A stretch of DNA of 64,000 nt. Origin: an uncultured Clostridia bacterium (lineage in GTDB: Bacteria; Bacillota; Clostridia; Christensenellales; UBA3700). Where the stretch lies: the NCBI GenBank assembly GCA_944381275.1, contig CALWKO010000004.1, positions 5,100 to 69,099 on the forward strand, in the 5' to 3' direction. The notes under the pieces are model-generated. The model was given only the letters and a program-made list of their open reading frames with translations. It was not told where the DNA came from and did not search any database. A program made the translations under genes and the position numbers. Below are positions 9,068 through 17,376 of the stretch, in pieces. Numbering within the stretch: position 1 is the first letter of the stretch; each line of letters begins with the position of its first letter.

Positions 9068-10684
9068 ATGGAAGAAAAGGACAAGCAAGAAGAGCTTGCC
9101 GCAGCCGAAGCGGGCTCGTCCGTTTTGGATGAAACCGAGGGCGCGGCAAAGGACGAGCCCGCGGCGGAAGTGACTGCGGAAGGACAGGACGGAGCGGCGG
9201 CAGCCGCGGCGCCTTCACCCAAAAAGGGCTTTTGGGGCAAGGTGGACAACTGGTTTGGGATCACAAGGAGCGGTTCCAACTTTAAAACGGAGACGCTCGC
9301 CGGCATCACCACATTTATGGCGATGGTGTATATCCTCATGGTAAATGCGGGCATGTTCCAAGGAGTCATCGGCGGCGAAGATCCTTACGGAGCGGCTTAC
9401 ATTGCCACTTCCGTGGGCGCAATCGTGGGTACGTTTTTGATGGCGTTCCTGGCAAGAATGCCCCTGGCGCAGGCTTCCGGCATGGGCATTAACGCCTTTA
9501 TCGTGTACACCCTGCTCAACGGCACGGGTCTTACTTACGCAAACAGCATGGTATTTGTGCTGATAGACGGCGTTATCTTCCTCATCCTCACCGTGACGGG
9601 CTTGAGGCGCAAGATATTCGAAGCCATCCCCGCTGGCGTAAGGCACGCCATCCCCGTGGGTATAGGTCTTTTCATCGCGTTCATCGGCTTGCAGCAGGCG
9701 GGCGTCATCGTGAACGAAGATTCCACCCTCACCACGTTTGTATCCTTCAATCTGCTCAATTCCCCCGAGTTCGTAACATATGGCAATGGTACGGTGGGCG
9801 GCATTCTCCCCGCGATCGTCGCCCTCATCGGCGTGGTTGTGATAGCGGTGCTCTCTAAAAAGAACGTGAAGGGCGCGATACTGTGGGGACTTTTGGGCTC
9901 CGCCGTGCTGTATTATGTGTTCGCGGGTATCGCCGTGGGCGCGGGCAGCCAAGGCGCAATAGATATGTTCAACAACATAAGCCTCTCCAATCCGCTCAGC
10001 GCATTCGAAGCATGGGGCAAGGATTCCGTGGGCGTGGTTTTCTACGAAGGTTTCAACTTCGATACCTTCCTTTCCACGGGCACGAATAACGGCGGCTCGC
10101 TTGCCGTGGTATTGATCACCTCCGCCCTTTCGCTCTGCATGATAGATATGTTCGACACCATCGGCACACTCTACGGCGCTTGCTCCAAGGGCAACTTGAT
10201 CGACAAGGACGGTACCCCCATCCGCATGGAAAAGATGATGCTCGCCGACGCCATAGCCACCTGCACGGGCGCGATAGCGGGCACTTCCACCGTCACCACC
10301 TTTGTGGAATCTTCTTCCGGCGTGGTAGCGGGCGGCAGAACGGGCTTTACTTCCCTCATCACGGGCGTGTGCTTCATCATCGCCATGTTCTTGAGCCCCA
10401 TCGCCCAGCTCATCCCCCGCAGCGCAACCGCCACCGCCCTCATCTGGGTGGGCGTGCTCATGATGAGCTCGGTCACCAAGGTGGATTGGAACGACGCTTC
10501 CGAAGCCATCGTGGCGTTTATGACCTTTATCACGATGCTGCTCGGCTACTCCATCTCTAAGGGTATAGGAATGGGCATAATCACCTATATCGTAATTCAA
10601 ATTTGCACGGGCAAGATCAAGAAGATCTCCATCCCCACCTGGGTCATAGGCGCGATCTTCCTTGCAACCTTCCTGTTGACCTAA
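9068..10684 (+). CDS. NCS2/AzgA-family purine (adenine/guanine/hypoxanthine) permease
   Basis: The N-terminal FKTETLAGITTFMAMVYILMVNAGMF motif is typical of AzgA/PbuG-type permeases. It has more than 10 TM segments. GGAGG RBS is present. Confidence 0.88.
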   Translation: MEEKDKQEELAAAEAGSSVLDETEGAAKDEPAAEVTAEGQDGAAAAAAPSPKKGFWGKVDNWFGITRSGSNFKTETLAGITTFMAMVYILMVNAGMFQGVIGGEDPYGAAYIATSVGAIVGTFLMAFLARMPLAQASGMGINAFIVYTLLNGTGLTYANSMVFVLIDGVIFLILTVTGLRRKIFEAIPAGVRHAIPVGIGLFIAFIGLQQAGVIVNEDSTLTTFVSFNLLNSPEFVTYGNGTVGGILPAIVALIGVVVIAVLSKKNVKGAILWGLLGSAVLYYVFAGIAVGAGSQGAIDMFNNISLSNPLSAFEAWGKDSVGVVFYEGFNFDTFLSTGTNNGGSLAVVLITSALSLCMIDMFDTIGTLYGACSKGNLIDKDGTPIRMEKMMLADAIATCTGAIAGTSTVTTFVESSSGVVAGGRTGFTSLITGVCFIIAMFLSPIAQLIPRSATATALIWVGVLMMSSVTKVDWNDASEAIVAFMTFITMLLGYSISKGIGMGIITYIVIQICTGKIKKISIPTWVIGAIFLATFLLT

Positions 10685-10704
10685 GCGCAAACAAGAACAA
10701 ATTC

Positions 10705-10734
10705 GGGTAGCGGATTATCCGCTACCCTTTTTTT
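10705..10734 (+). terminator. intrinsic terminator of the permease gene
   Basis: Stem GGGTAGCGG / CCGCTACCC with a 4-5 nt loop, followed by T7. Confidence 0.8.
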
Positions 10735-10912
10735 CTGCAAAGGTATATCAATAATGCGACGTATTCCGCTAATGTACACATCTGATTCTAGGTGTGCGCG
10801 GATATTTCGATAAGGTCTTGTATTGATAATAGATAAAATGTATTATCGAGTATCGATAGATTTTAAGAGGAAGCCTCATTACTTTGTCGGGCATCCGGGC
10901 ATATCCACTCTC

Positions 10913-12070
10913 CTACCTGAAATTCTCGTACTCATCGAGCAGCTCCTGCGAGATGCTGGGCGGGATCTTATCGAACGCTTTTTCGAACATGTCGCGGGTG
11001 AGGGGGATGGGGTTGGTGGAGCCGGCGGCTTGCAGTTTTTCCAGGGCGAGGCGGCAGGCTTCTTCTATTATGCCGCACAAATCGGCGGCGGAATAGTAGG
11101 CGGTCTGCGGCACTTTTGTGCCCATAGCCGTTTCCTTATATATAACGCCCTTGCTCATTGCGAGCACGTCCGCGAGGGTGACGCCGTCCAAAGCGATGCC
11201 CTTGAGCTTGCTTTCGATGATGGCGCGCTTTGCCTCTTCGTCGGGCGGGGTGACGTGGATGAGGTGGGAAAAACGCTTGTAGCGCAGATATGCCGGGTCG
11301 ATGACGTCGGGGCGGTTGGTGGCGGCTATCATGATGCGCTTGCTGCCGTCCACGCCAAAGCCGTTTATACGCTGCAAAAGCTCTGTGGTGACGGCGGCTT
11401 TGTAGTCCTTGGTGTCCTTGTCGCGGCGGGAGAAGATGGATTCGCACTCGTCAACGAACAGGATGGCGCCGTCCGGGCAGGCGTCCAGCTCCTGGAATAT
11501 CTGCTTTACCGCCTGCTCCGATTCGCCCACATACGATTTGAAGATATCCGCGGGGGTGACGATGAACAGGGGCAGATTCATGGCGTTTGCTATGGCTTCG
11601 GCAAACATGGTCTTGCCCGTGCCGGGCGCGCCGTACATGAGCATGCCCAAGCCGCCCTCCAGCTTGTAATACTTCAAGATTTCGGGATTTTGCGCCATGA
11701 ACATAAAGCTCTTGACCAGCTTTTTCACGTTGTCTAAGCCCTTGACGTCGTCGAAGGTGGTATCGGGCACGCGGCTCTTTATGACCGAGCCGTAACTTGC
11801 CGCCATGTCGCTGAGGCGCCTGAAGTAGTCCTTGTACTTCTTCACCTCGTCCTCGTCCGTGACGCGCTGGGAGAGGGTGTTGGCGATTTGAGCCGCACGC
11901 GAATATTCCGAGCGCAGCTTTGCCTTCACCTCGTCGGCTATCTTATTCCTGTCCTTCTTGCCCGCGAGCAGCTGACGAATCCTGTCAGTAGTGGCGTTGA
12001 AATCGCGCTCCAAAACCTCTACGGAATCTTCTTTGTCTTCTGACTTTTTTATTTTACCTATTCCTGCCAT
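10913..12070 (-). CDS. classic-clade AAA ATPase, Vps4/katanin/spastin-like, with a helical N-terminal (MIT-like?) region
   Basis: Walker A is MYGAPGTGKT and Walker B is ILFVDECE. The second region of homology is AATNRPDVIDPAYLRYKRFSHLIHVTPPD. The pre-ATPase motif F(D)DVKGLDNVKKL is present. The N-terminal ~100 aa are predicted helical. This is the last gene of the operon. Confidence 0.9.
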   Translation of the reverse strand: MAGIGKIKKSEDKEDSVEVLERDFNATTDRIRQLLAGKKDRNKIADEVKAKLRSEYSRAAQIANTLSQRVTDEDEVKKYKDYFRRLSDMAASYGSVIKSRVPDTTFDDVKGLDNVKKLVKSFMFMAQNPEILKYYKLEGGLGMLMYGAPGTGKTMFAEAIANAMNLPLFIVTPADIFKSYVGESEQAVKQIFQELDACPDGAILFVDECESIFSRRDKDTKDYKAAVTTELLQRINGFGVDGSKRIMIAATNRPDVIDPAYLRYKRFSHLIHVTPPDEEAKRAIIESKLKGIALDGVTLADVLAMSKGVIYKETAMGTKVPQTAYYSAADLCGIIEEACRLALEKLQAAGSTNPIPLTRDMFEKAFDKIPPSISQELLDEYENFR

Positions 12071-12084
12071 AATGCTTTCTCCGA

Positions 12085-12846
12085 TCAGGCGATGTCATCT
12101 ATGCCGCTTACGCCGCCCGACGTACCTGCGGTGCTTGCCGCGGCGGAAGCGGTCGCTGCGGGAGCGGAGCCCCCTCCTCTCTTCGCCTTTAATTCTGCCA
12201 CGGCTTGATCGATGAGCGCCTGCACGGGGCTGGGCGCGGCGGGAGCGCCGCTTGCCGCCGCCTTGCCGCTCATCTTGGCTTGGCGCTTCATCTGGCGCTT
12301 TCTCGCCCTGGCGGTGGAACGCTGCATGGATTCGGATACAGAACGCATTGCCTCAGCCATGTTCTGCGCCATCTTGGAGTAGTTCATGACCTCCTTGAAC
12401 ACGGTGATGATGGAGTTTACCGTATTCCTGTTCGCCTTCCTCATCTTTCTGCTGCGGCGCAGACGCGCGAAAAAGCCCATGGGCTGTTCGGTGAGGAATT
12501 CCGCGACCTGCATATTGAAGTTGAGCGCACTCTTCACCACACCCATCGCCTTTTGAATGGTGAGGATGGCTTCCTGCGAGGCGGTCATGACCTTGATGGT
12601 CTCCTGCATTTGCACTGCCATCTCTAAAAACATGACCATCATATGAGTAAGGTAGTGGTCCTCGCCGTAATCCAGAGTGGTCTCCGCCACCTGCATGGCG
12701 AGCGTTTTCACCTGCTCGTCGTAAGCCTCCCTCTGCTCTTGACAGAGCTTTTTTTGCCTGTCTATCTTTATGTTGCTTGCAATGGCGGCGGCCTGACTGT
12801 TTTCTTCTTCCGTCAGCCTTTCCTCTTCACTATGAAAACGTGACAT
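12085..12846 (-). CDS. helical protein, candidate ESCRT-III/Snf7/PspA-superfamily member
   Basis: The sequence is all-helical and Met/Ala/Gln-rich (NYSKMAQNMAEAMRSVSESMQRS), followed by a basic patch and an Ala/Ser/Gly linker. The terminal amphipathic helix is VQALIDQAVAELKAKR, with an acidic end GIDDIA. It lies 14 nt upstream of the AAA gene. Confidence 0.7.
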   Translation of the reverse strand: MSRFHSEEERLTEEENSQAAAIASNIKIDRQKKLCQEQREAYDEQVKTLAMQVAETTLDYGEDHYLTHMMVMFLEMAVQMQETIKVMTASQEAILTIQKAMGVVKSALNFNMQVAEFLTEQPMGFFARLRRSRKMRKANRNTVNSIITVFKEVMNYSKMAQNMAEAMRSVSESMQRSTARARKRQMKRQAKMSGKAAASGAPAAPSPVQALIDQAVAELKAKRGGGSAPAATASAAASTAGTSGGVSGIDDIA

Positions 12847-12858
12847 TGTTTTCCTCCT

Positions 12859-15800
12859 TTATTTGGTTACATATTTTTTCACGGCTTCGGCGAGGTTATC
12901 CCTCTCCGCCTCCGCATTGTTTACCCACTCGTGAGCGTACACGGCGTGCATGTTCCAGCCGCGCTCCTTTAAGATGTTGAAATACCTCATGTTGTAATCG
13001 AGGTAATTATAGTTTTTCTTGGTGGCGGTTTCGCACCAAATTCCCAGCTGCGCCCTCTTTAAATCGGGCGAGAGCACGGCGACGGGGATCCTGATCGACC
13101 CCTTGGTAACGCCGTAACCCACCACTATCCTGTCCTTGCTTATCCCCAGCGACTGCACGTAATCGGCGACGCTCGTGATAAAGCCCCTGCCGGGATTTGA
13201 GGACACGAATTGCGCCGCGCCGTCCTTGTTGAACAGTTCCGCCTTTACCATGTAATCGTGGATATACGCCACGTTTGCGCCGGTTATCTCGTAAGCGTGA
13301 ACGGAGTGCACGAGCGTGACGCTCGATTGTGCGCGCGTGACCGCCACGTTGAAGATGCACTTGCCCAGCTTGTCGCGGTTGAGCTGACCGAAGGCGTTCG
13401 TCACCCTGCCCTCCGGCGTTCTGCCGTAGGTGAGGGAGAGGATGAGATGCGCCGTTTCCTGCCCCTGGACGGTTTCGATCGTCTTGAAGAATATGAGTTT
13501 TTCGGGGACGTCGTCGAACTTGGAAAGCGCCGTATTTATCTTTGCATACAGTTCCTTGTTGGCGGAAACGAGCCGCTTTATCCGCTCTATCTGTTTTTCA
13601 CCGAAGGCAACCACGCCCGCCGATTGCGAGAGCGTGCCCGCTTTTTCATCGTAATAGCGGTCAAAATGCTCTTCCAGCAGTTCGACGACCGCCCTTGCCT
13701 CCTTCTCGTTCACGCCGCCGTCGCAATACCCGTCGACGTATACGTCCTTAAATCCCAGCCCTTCGTCCTTGGGCAAGGGCGCGGGGAAGGTGCGCATATG
13801 CGGATAGAACTGCTCTTGCGAAAATGCGATGAGCGATTCCGTCTTGCTCCTGTAATGGCAGAGCAGCTCCTCGGCGTGGAACGCCTGGTTGCGCAGGGCG
13901 AGAGTAAGGGCGGAGAGCTCGGGTTCGAGCACCATGGTTTCGGTGCCGTCGTCGGCTACAACGCGCCTTTCGTACTGTGCAACAAGGTGCTTGATGGGCG
14001 GCATCTGCCACTCGTCGCCCACTATCACGCACTGCTTGGACCTGAACAATACGGGCAGCAGACAGACGGGTTCCAGCTGGCTGGCTTCGTCCACTATCAC
14101 CACGTCGAAGTTTTCGTACTCTTCCGGCCGGAAGAGCACGGCGGCGGTGGAGGGGGTGATGATAAAGCACTTTTTCAGCTTTAATATGGCGCGGGCGTAC
14201 TTTTTGAATATCGAGCGCAGGGTGGCGGAAGGGTCGCGCTCTGCGTGCACAAAGGCAAAGTCGGGATCGTCGGGATCTATTTGCTCCATGCACTTGCGCT
14301 CGATGACGGCGGCGTTTGCCCTGAACAATTTCTCCTCCGCCCCGGCGAGCGCGTTCAGCTTGCTCTCCACCTTTTTGCCCAAGCCGTTTCGCCTTGCTCC
14401 CATGCCGCGCATCACCCCTTCCAGCGCAAGTCCGTAGAAGGAGTGCTCGAATATGTCGGGGATATTTCCCGCGGCAGACCCTTCCTCAATTTCTTTGAAG
14501 AAGGCGCGCAGCGGCTCCGCGCCCGCTATCTTCCCGTAACCGAGAGCGGCGGAGATCAAGTCCCTGTTCTTAGCTTCACGCATAAAGATGTCCATATCCC
14601 CCATGGTGACGGTGAATACGCGGGAATAGTGATTTTCGTAATAATTCTTGCCGAAGGCGCGCAGGCGGACGAGCAGCTCCTTGAGCTCGTCTTTTATGCG
14701 GGAGGGGGCTTGCTGCAGGGCGCAGAACCTGTTGTGCTTTTCCTCTAAACTCATCACCTTGACAGAGGGCAGGGAGAACATCCTGCGCACGGCGAGCAGA
14801 GAGCGGGCGAAATTCACCTCTCCGCCGCTGCCCTCAATGTTCAGCTTGCGGCGCGCCTTTTCCGCCTCGAATTTGAGCTTGGCAAAGGCGAACTCCGCCT
14901 CGCAGGAGAGCCTTAGCTCGCGCACGGTCAGCTTTGCGCGCTCTTCTTCATCTATGTGCGCGGCTTCTGCCAGGGCGAGGACGGCGGAGCCGTACAGCTT
15001 GGCATCCTCCGCCAAAGCGGCGAACGGTACGCCCCTGTCCGTCATCTTCTTTACTGTGGCAAGGCATTGCGCGTCCTTATCTTCCGCCTGCTTGCCCAGC
15101 AGTCTGCTCAGCAGGCTCATATTCTTTTTAACTCTCTCCCCGCACTCGTGGGCGGCGAGCACCTTGCCCGCTGCCAGCACCAGCTCGCGGAAGGAGACGT
15201 CCGTCAAAAAGCTGAATTTGCGAATATCTTCGGCGGCTTTTTTGCCCTTGAAGTCGAAAAGACTCGGCTTTTCTCCGCCTTCTATGTATTTTGCCAGCAC
15301 CCTGCCCGCCTGCACTATCTCCTCGTAATTTTCCTTGCACGCTTCCTTTTTAAACACCTTGCATGCGGAATAGAGGAGCTCGCCGCGCTTTTCTTCGTTT
15401 TCCTCTATCTGCGCAACGAGCGCGAGCCTGTCGTCCAGCTCCTTCTCCCTAATGGGTTTGCCGTCCGCGCCGAACAATATATCGCCGCATTCGGCGAGCG
15501 TTTTTACCCTGCCTACGGTAATATCGTCCAAAAGTGAGGGCGGGCAGAGCGTTGCCGCCCCTTTCATCTCGTCCAAATCCGCGCCATTTATCTCGCGCCT
15601 GTGACGGGAGAGCGCGTAATAATCGTCAAGGGCTCTTTCCGGGTCGGAAAAATCCATATTTGCGGCGACTATCTTTTCGAACTCGTACTTGCTCAAATCA
15701 GAACGCATTAGCTCGAAGACGTCGTAGAGGGCAAAGCCGCCTTCCGCCTCCTCCGCGCCCCTGAAGTAGAGGCTTATTTTGGGCATGAGCTCTTCCGCTT

Positions 15801-17367
15801 TTGCCGCCAAGCCGGAGTACTCCTTATACGCTCCTTCCCAATCCGTCCCCCTGCCTATGCCCAGCCACGGGCTTTTTGCCAAAGGGTGCGCTCCGCCGTC
15901 GGTGAGGCGGAGGAAGTATTCCGCCGCCTGCCTGACCGCGTTATACATAAGGCGGTATTGCTCTGCGCCGAGCGCGGCAGCCTGCTCCGGAAGGAGGAAT
16001 TTCACAAGCGGCAGATCTTCCTTGAGGAAGACGTTGAGCGCGTCGTAATAAGTGCCGCCAACTATCCCCTCGCCCGTAAACGTCTTTTCGTAATAGTCGG
16101 CGAGGAAGGCGGTGGCGGAGGTTATCTCCGCAAAGGCGGCCTCGCGGGAGCGCTCATGCTTTTTGTCGAAAGTGTAACTCTTGCGCGCCTTGACCAGCTC
16201 GCCCAAGTGCTTTTTTACGGCGGAGGGGTTCATCTTTGCCGTCTGCGCCTCTGTTTCAAAGTCCATGAGCATGGCGAACTTGCGCAGCTCCTCGGGCAGT
16301 TTTGCGTTCACTTCGCTCAAAGCCGAGAGCTTTTTTGAAGCGAGAATGACCTTCTTCCCCTGCGCCATGAGGGTGGCTATCATGTTGGCTATGGTGAGCG
16401 TTTTGCCCGTGCCGGGCGGACCCTTGATGATGAGCGATTCGCCGTTCACGGCGCGGCGGATCATGTTCTCCTGCGCGCTGTCGTAAGGGAGCACGAAGTC
16501 GGGCACGATGTCCCCGTCCGTCCCCTCTTGTGGCGCTCCCTCGGTAAATATCTTCTTTACCAGGGGGTGAGCGTATATCTTGTCACGATTGCGCTTGATG
16601 TCGTAATACATGCATATGTCGTTGTGATTGTATTGCGCAATGGCGATGACGTCCTTGTCTAAGCTGAACACGGTATCTGCCTCTATGTCCCCTCTGCGGC
16701 AGCTTTCCGCATACTTTTCCGCCGCCGCAAAGTAAGCCGTGCCGTCCCCCAGCGCCTGCATATCGATGGGGTCGTCGAAAGCGCCCGTCCCGTTAGGATG
16801 GGGAAAGCCGTCTGTCGTTTCCGGCGCGAGCACTTGGCGCATTTTGTGGATGAGGCAAGGGTTGAAGTATGCCTCGTCGTCCACAAACTCGATATACACG
16901 GGCTTGGTGGCGGTACTGCCTATCAGTCTGATGGGGAAGATGAGCAGGGGCGAAGTCACTTCCTTCACCTCGTCGCGCGTGACGTTCACCTTCCACCTTA
17001 GCGCGCCTATGCTCAAAAACAGGGGGTTGTTGCCCTTTAAGTTGAGCTCCTTGTAGGCGGCGGTGATAAAGGCGTTCAGCTTTGCCGCGTCCTTGGCGCC
17101 GCCGCCGTCTGCCCAGTCGAAGTCGTTTATCTTCCTGCCCACCATCTGGTCGCCGGAGAGGGAGCTGCCGCGCAGTACCGTATTGCCCGGCTTGCCAATC
17201 CTTTCCCTGATTATATCCAGCGCGTACTTTGCAAGGTCGGAGTGGAGATAGTGCGAAAGATAGTAGGTGTCCCCCGCGTCACCCGCATTCAAGTCTATCA
17301 GCTTGTTCTTCGTACCTTCGTTTATATGAAGAAGTTCTTCTATAAACGGTTCCAAATAGTCCTGCAT
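12859..17367 (-). CDS. SF1 Upf1-like helicase (DUF4011-type N-terminus, AAA_11/AAA_12 core) with a C-terminal restriction-endonuclease-like/DUF3320-like region
   Basis: It has NPLFLSIGALRW...SPLLIFPIRL, Walker A IIKGPPGTGKT and Walker B VVIVDEASQ. Further helicase motifs are VGDEWQMPP, CHYRSKTESLIAFS, TVQGQETAHLILSL and NVAVTRAQ. The tail is LGIWCET...ILKERGWNMHAVYAHEW. Confidence 0.9.
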   Translation of the reverse strand: MQDYLEPFIEELLHINEGTKNKLIDLNAGDAGDTYYLSHYLHSDLAKYALDIIRERIGKPGNTVLRGSSLSGDQMVGRKINDFDWADGGGAKDAAKLNAFITAAYKELNLKGNNPLFLSIGALRWKVNVTRDEVKEVTSPLLIFPIRLIGSTATKPVYIEFVDDEAYFNPCLIHKMRQVLAPETTDGFPHPNGTGAFDDPIDMQALGDGTAYFAAAEKYAESCRRGDIEADTVFSLDKDVIAIAQYNHNDICMYYDIKRNRDKIYAHPLVKKIFTEGAPQEGTDGDIVPDFVLPYDSAQENMIRRAVNGESLIIKGPPGTGKTLTIANMIATLMAQGKKVILASKKLSALSEVNAKLPEELRKFAMLMDFETEAQTAKMNPSAVKKHLGELVKARKSYTFDKKHERSREAAFAEITSATAFLADYYEKTFTGEGIVGGTYYDALNVFLKEDLPLVKFLLPEQAAALGAEQYRLMYNAVRQAAEYFLRLTDGGAHPLAKSPWLGIGRGTDWEGAYKEYSGLAAKAEELMPKISLYFRGAEEAEGGFALYDVFELMRSDLSKYEFEKIVAANMDFSDPERALDDYYALSRHRREINGADLDEMKGAATLCPPSLLDDITVGRVKTLAECGDILFGADGKPIREKELDDRLALVAQIEENEEKRGELLYSACKVFKKEACKENYEEIVQAGRVLAKYIEGGEKPSLFDFKGKKAAEDIRKFSFLTDVSFRELVLAAGKVLAAHECGERVKKNMSLLSRLLGKQAEDKDAQCLATVKKMTDRGVPFAALAEDAKLYGSAVLALAEAAHIDEEERAKLTVRELRLSCEAEFAFAKLKFEAEKARRKLNIEGSGGEVNFARSLLAVRRMFSLPSVKVMSLEEKHNRFCALQQAPSRIKDELKELLVRLRAFGKNYYENHYSRVFTVTMGDMDIFMREAKNRDLISAALGYGKIAGAEPLRAFFKEIEEGSAAGNIPDIFEHSFYGLALEGVMRGMGARRNGLGKKVESKLNALAGAEEKLFRANAAVIERKCMEQIDPDDPDFAFVHAERDPSATLRSIFKKYARAILKLKKCFIITPSTAAVLFRPEEYENFDVVIVDEASQLEPVCLLPVLFRSKQCVIVGDEWQMPPIKHLVAQYERRVVADDGTETMVLEPELSALTLALRNQAFHAEELLCHYRSKTESLIAFSQEQFYPHMRTFPAPLPKDEGLGFKDVYVDGYCDGGVNEKEARAVVELLEEHFDRYYDEKAGTLSQSAGVVAFGEKQIERIKRLVSANKELYAKINTALSKFDDVPEKLIFFKTIETVQGQETAHLILSLTYGRTPEGRVTNAFGQLNRDKLGKCIFNVAVTRAQSSVTLVHSVHAYEITGANVAYIHDYMVKAELFNKDGAAQFVSSNPGRGFITSVADYVQSLGISKDRIVVGYGVTKGSIRIPVAVLSPDLKRAQLGIWCETATKKNYNYLDYNMRYFNILKERGWNMHAVYAHEWVNNAEAERDNLAEAVKKYVTK

Positions 17368-17376
17368 ATCTCCTCC

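Noticed and set aside
10735-10912. Searched for an intrinsic terminator after the last operon gene (AAA ATPase)
   Set aside because: No convincing GC stem followed by a T-run is visible on the minus strand. The permease terminator hairpin at 10705-10727 read in reverse lacks a good U-tract. How the operon terminates is left unresolved.
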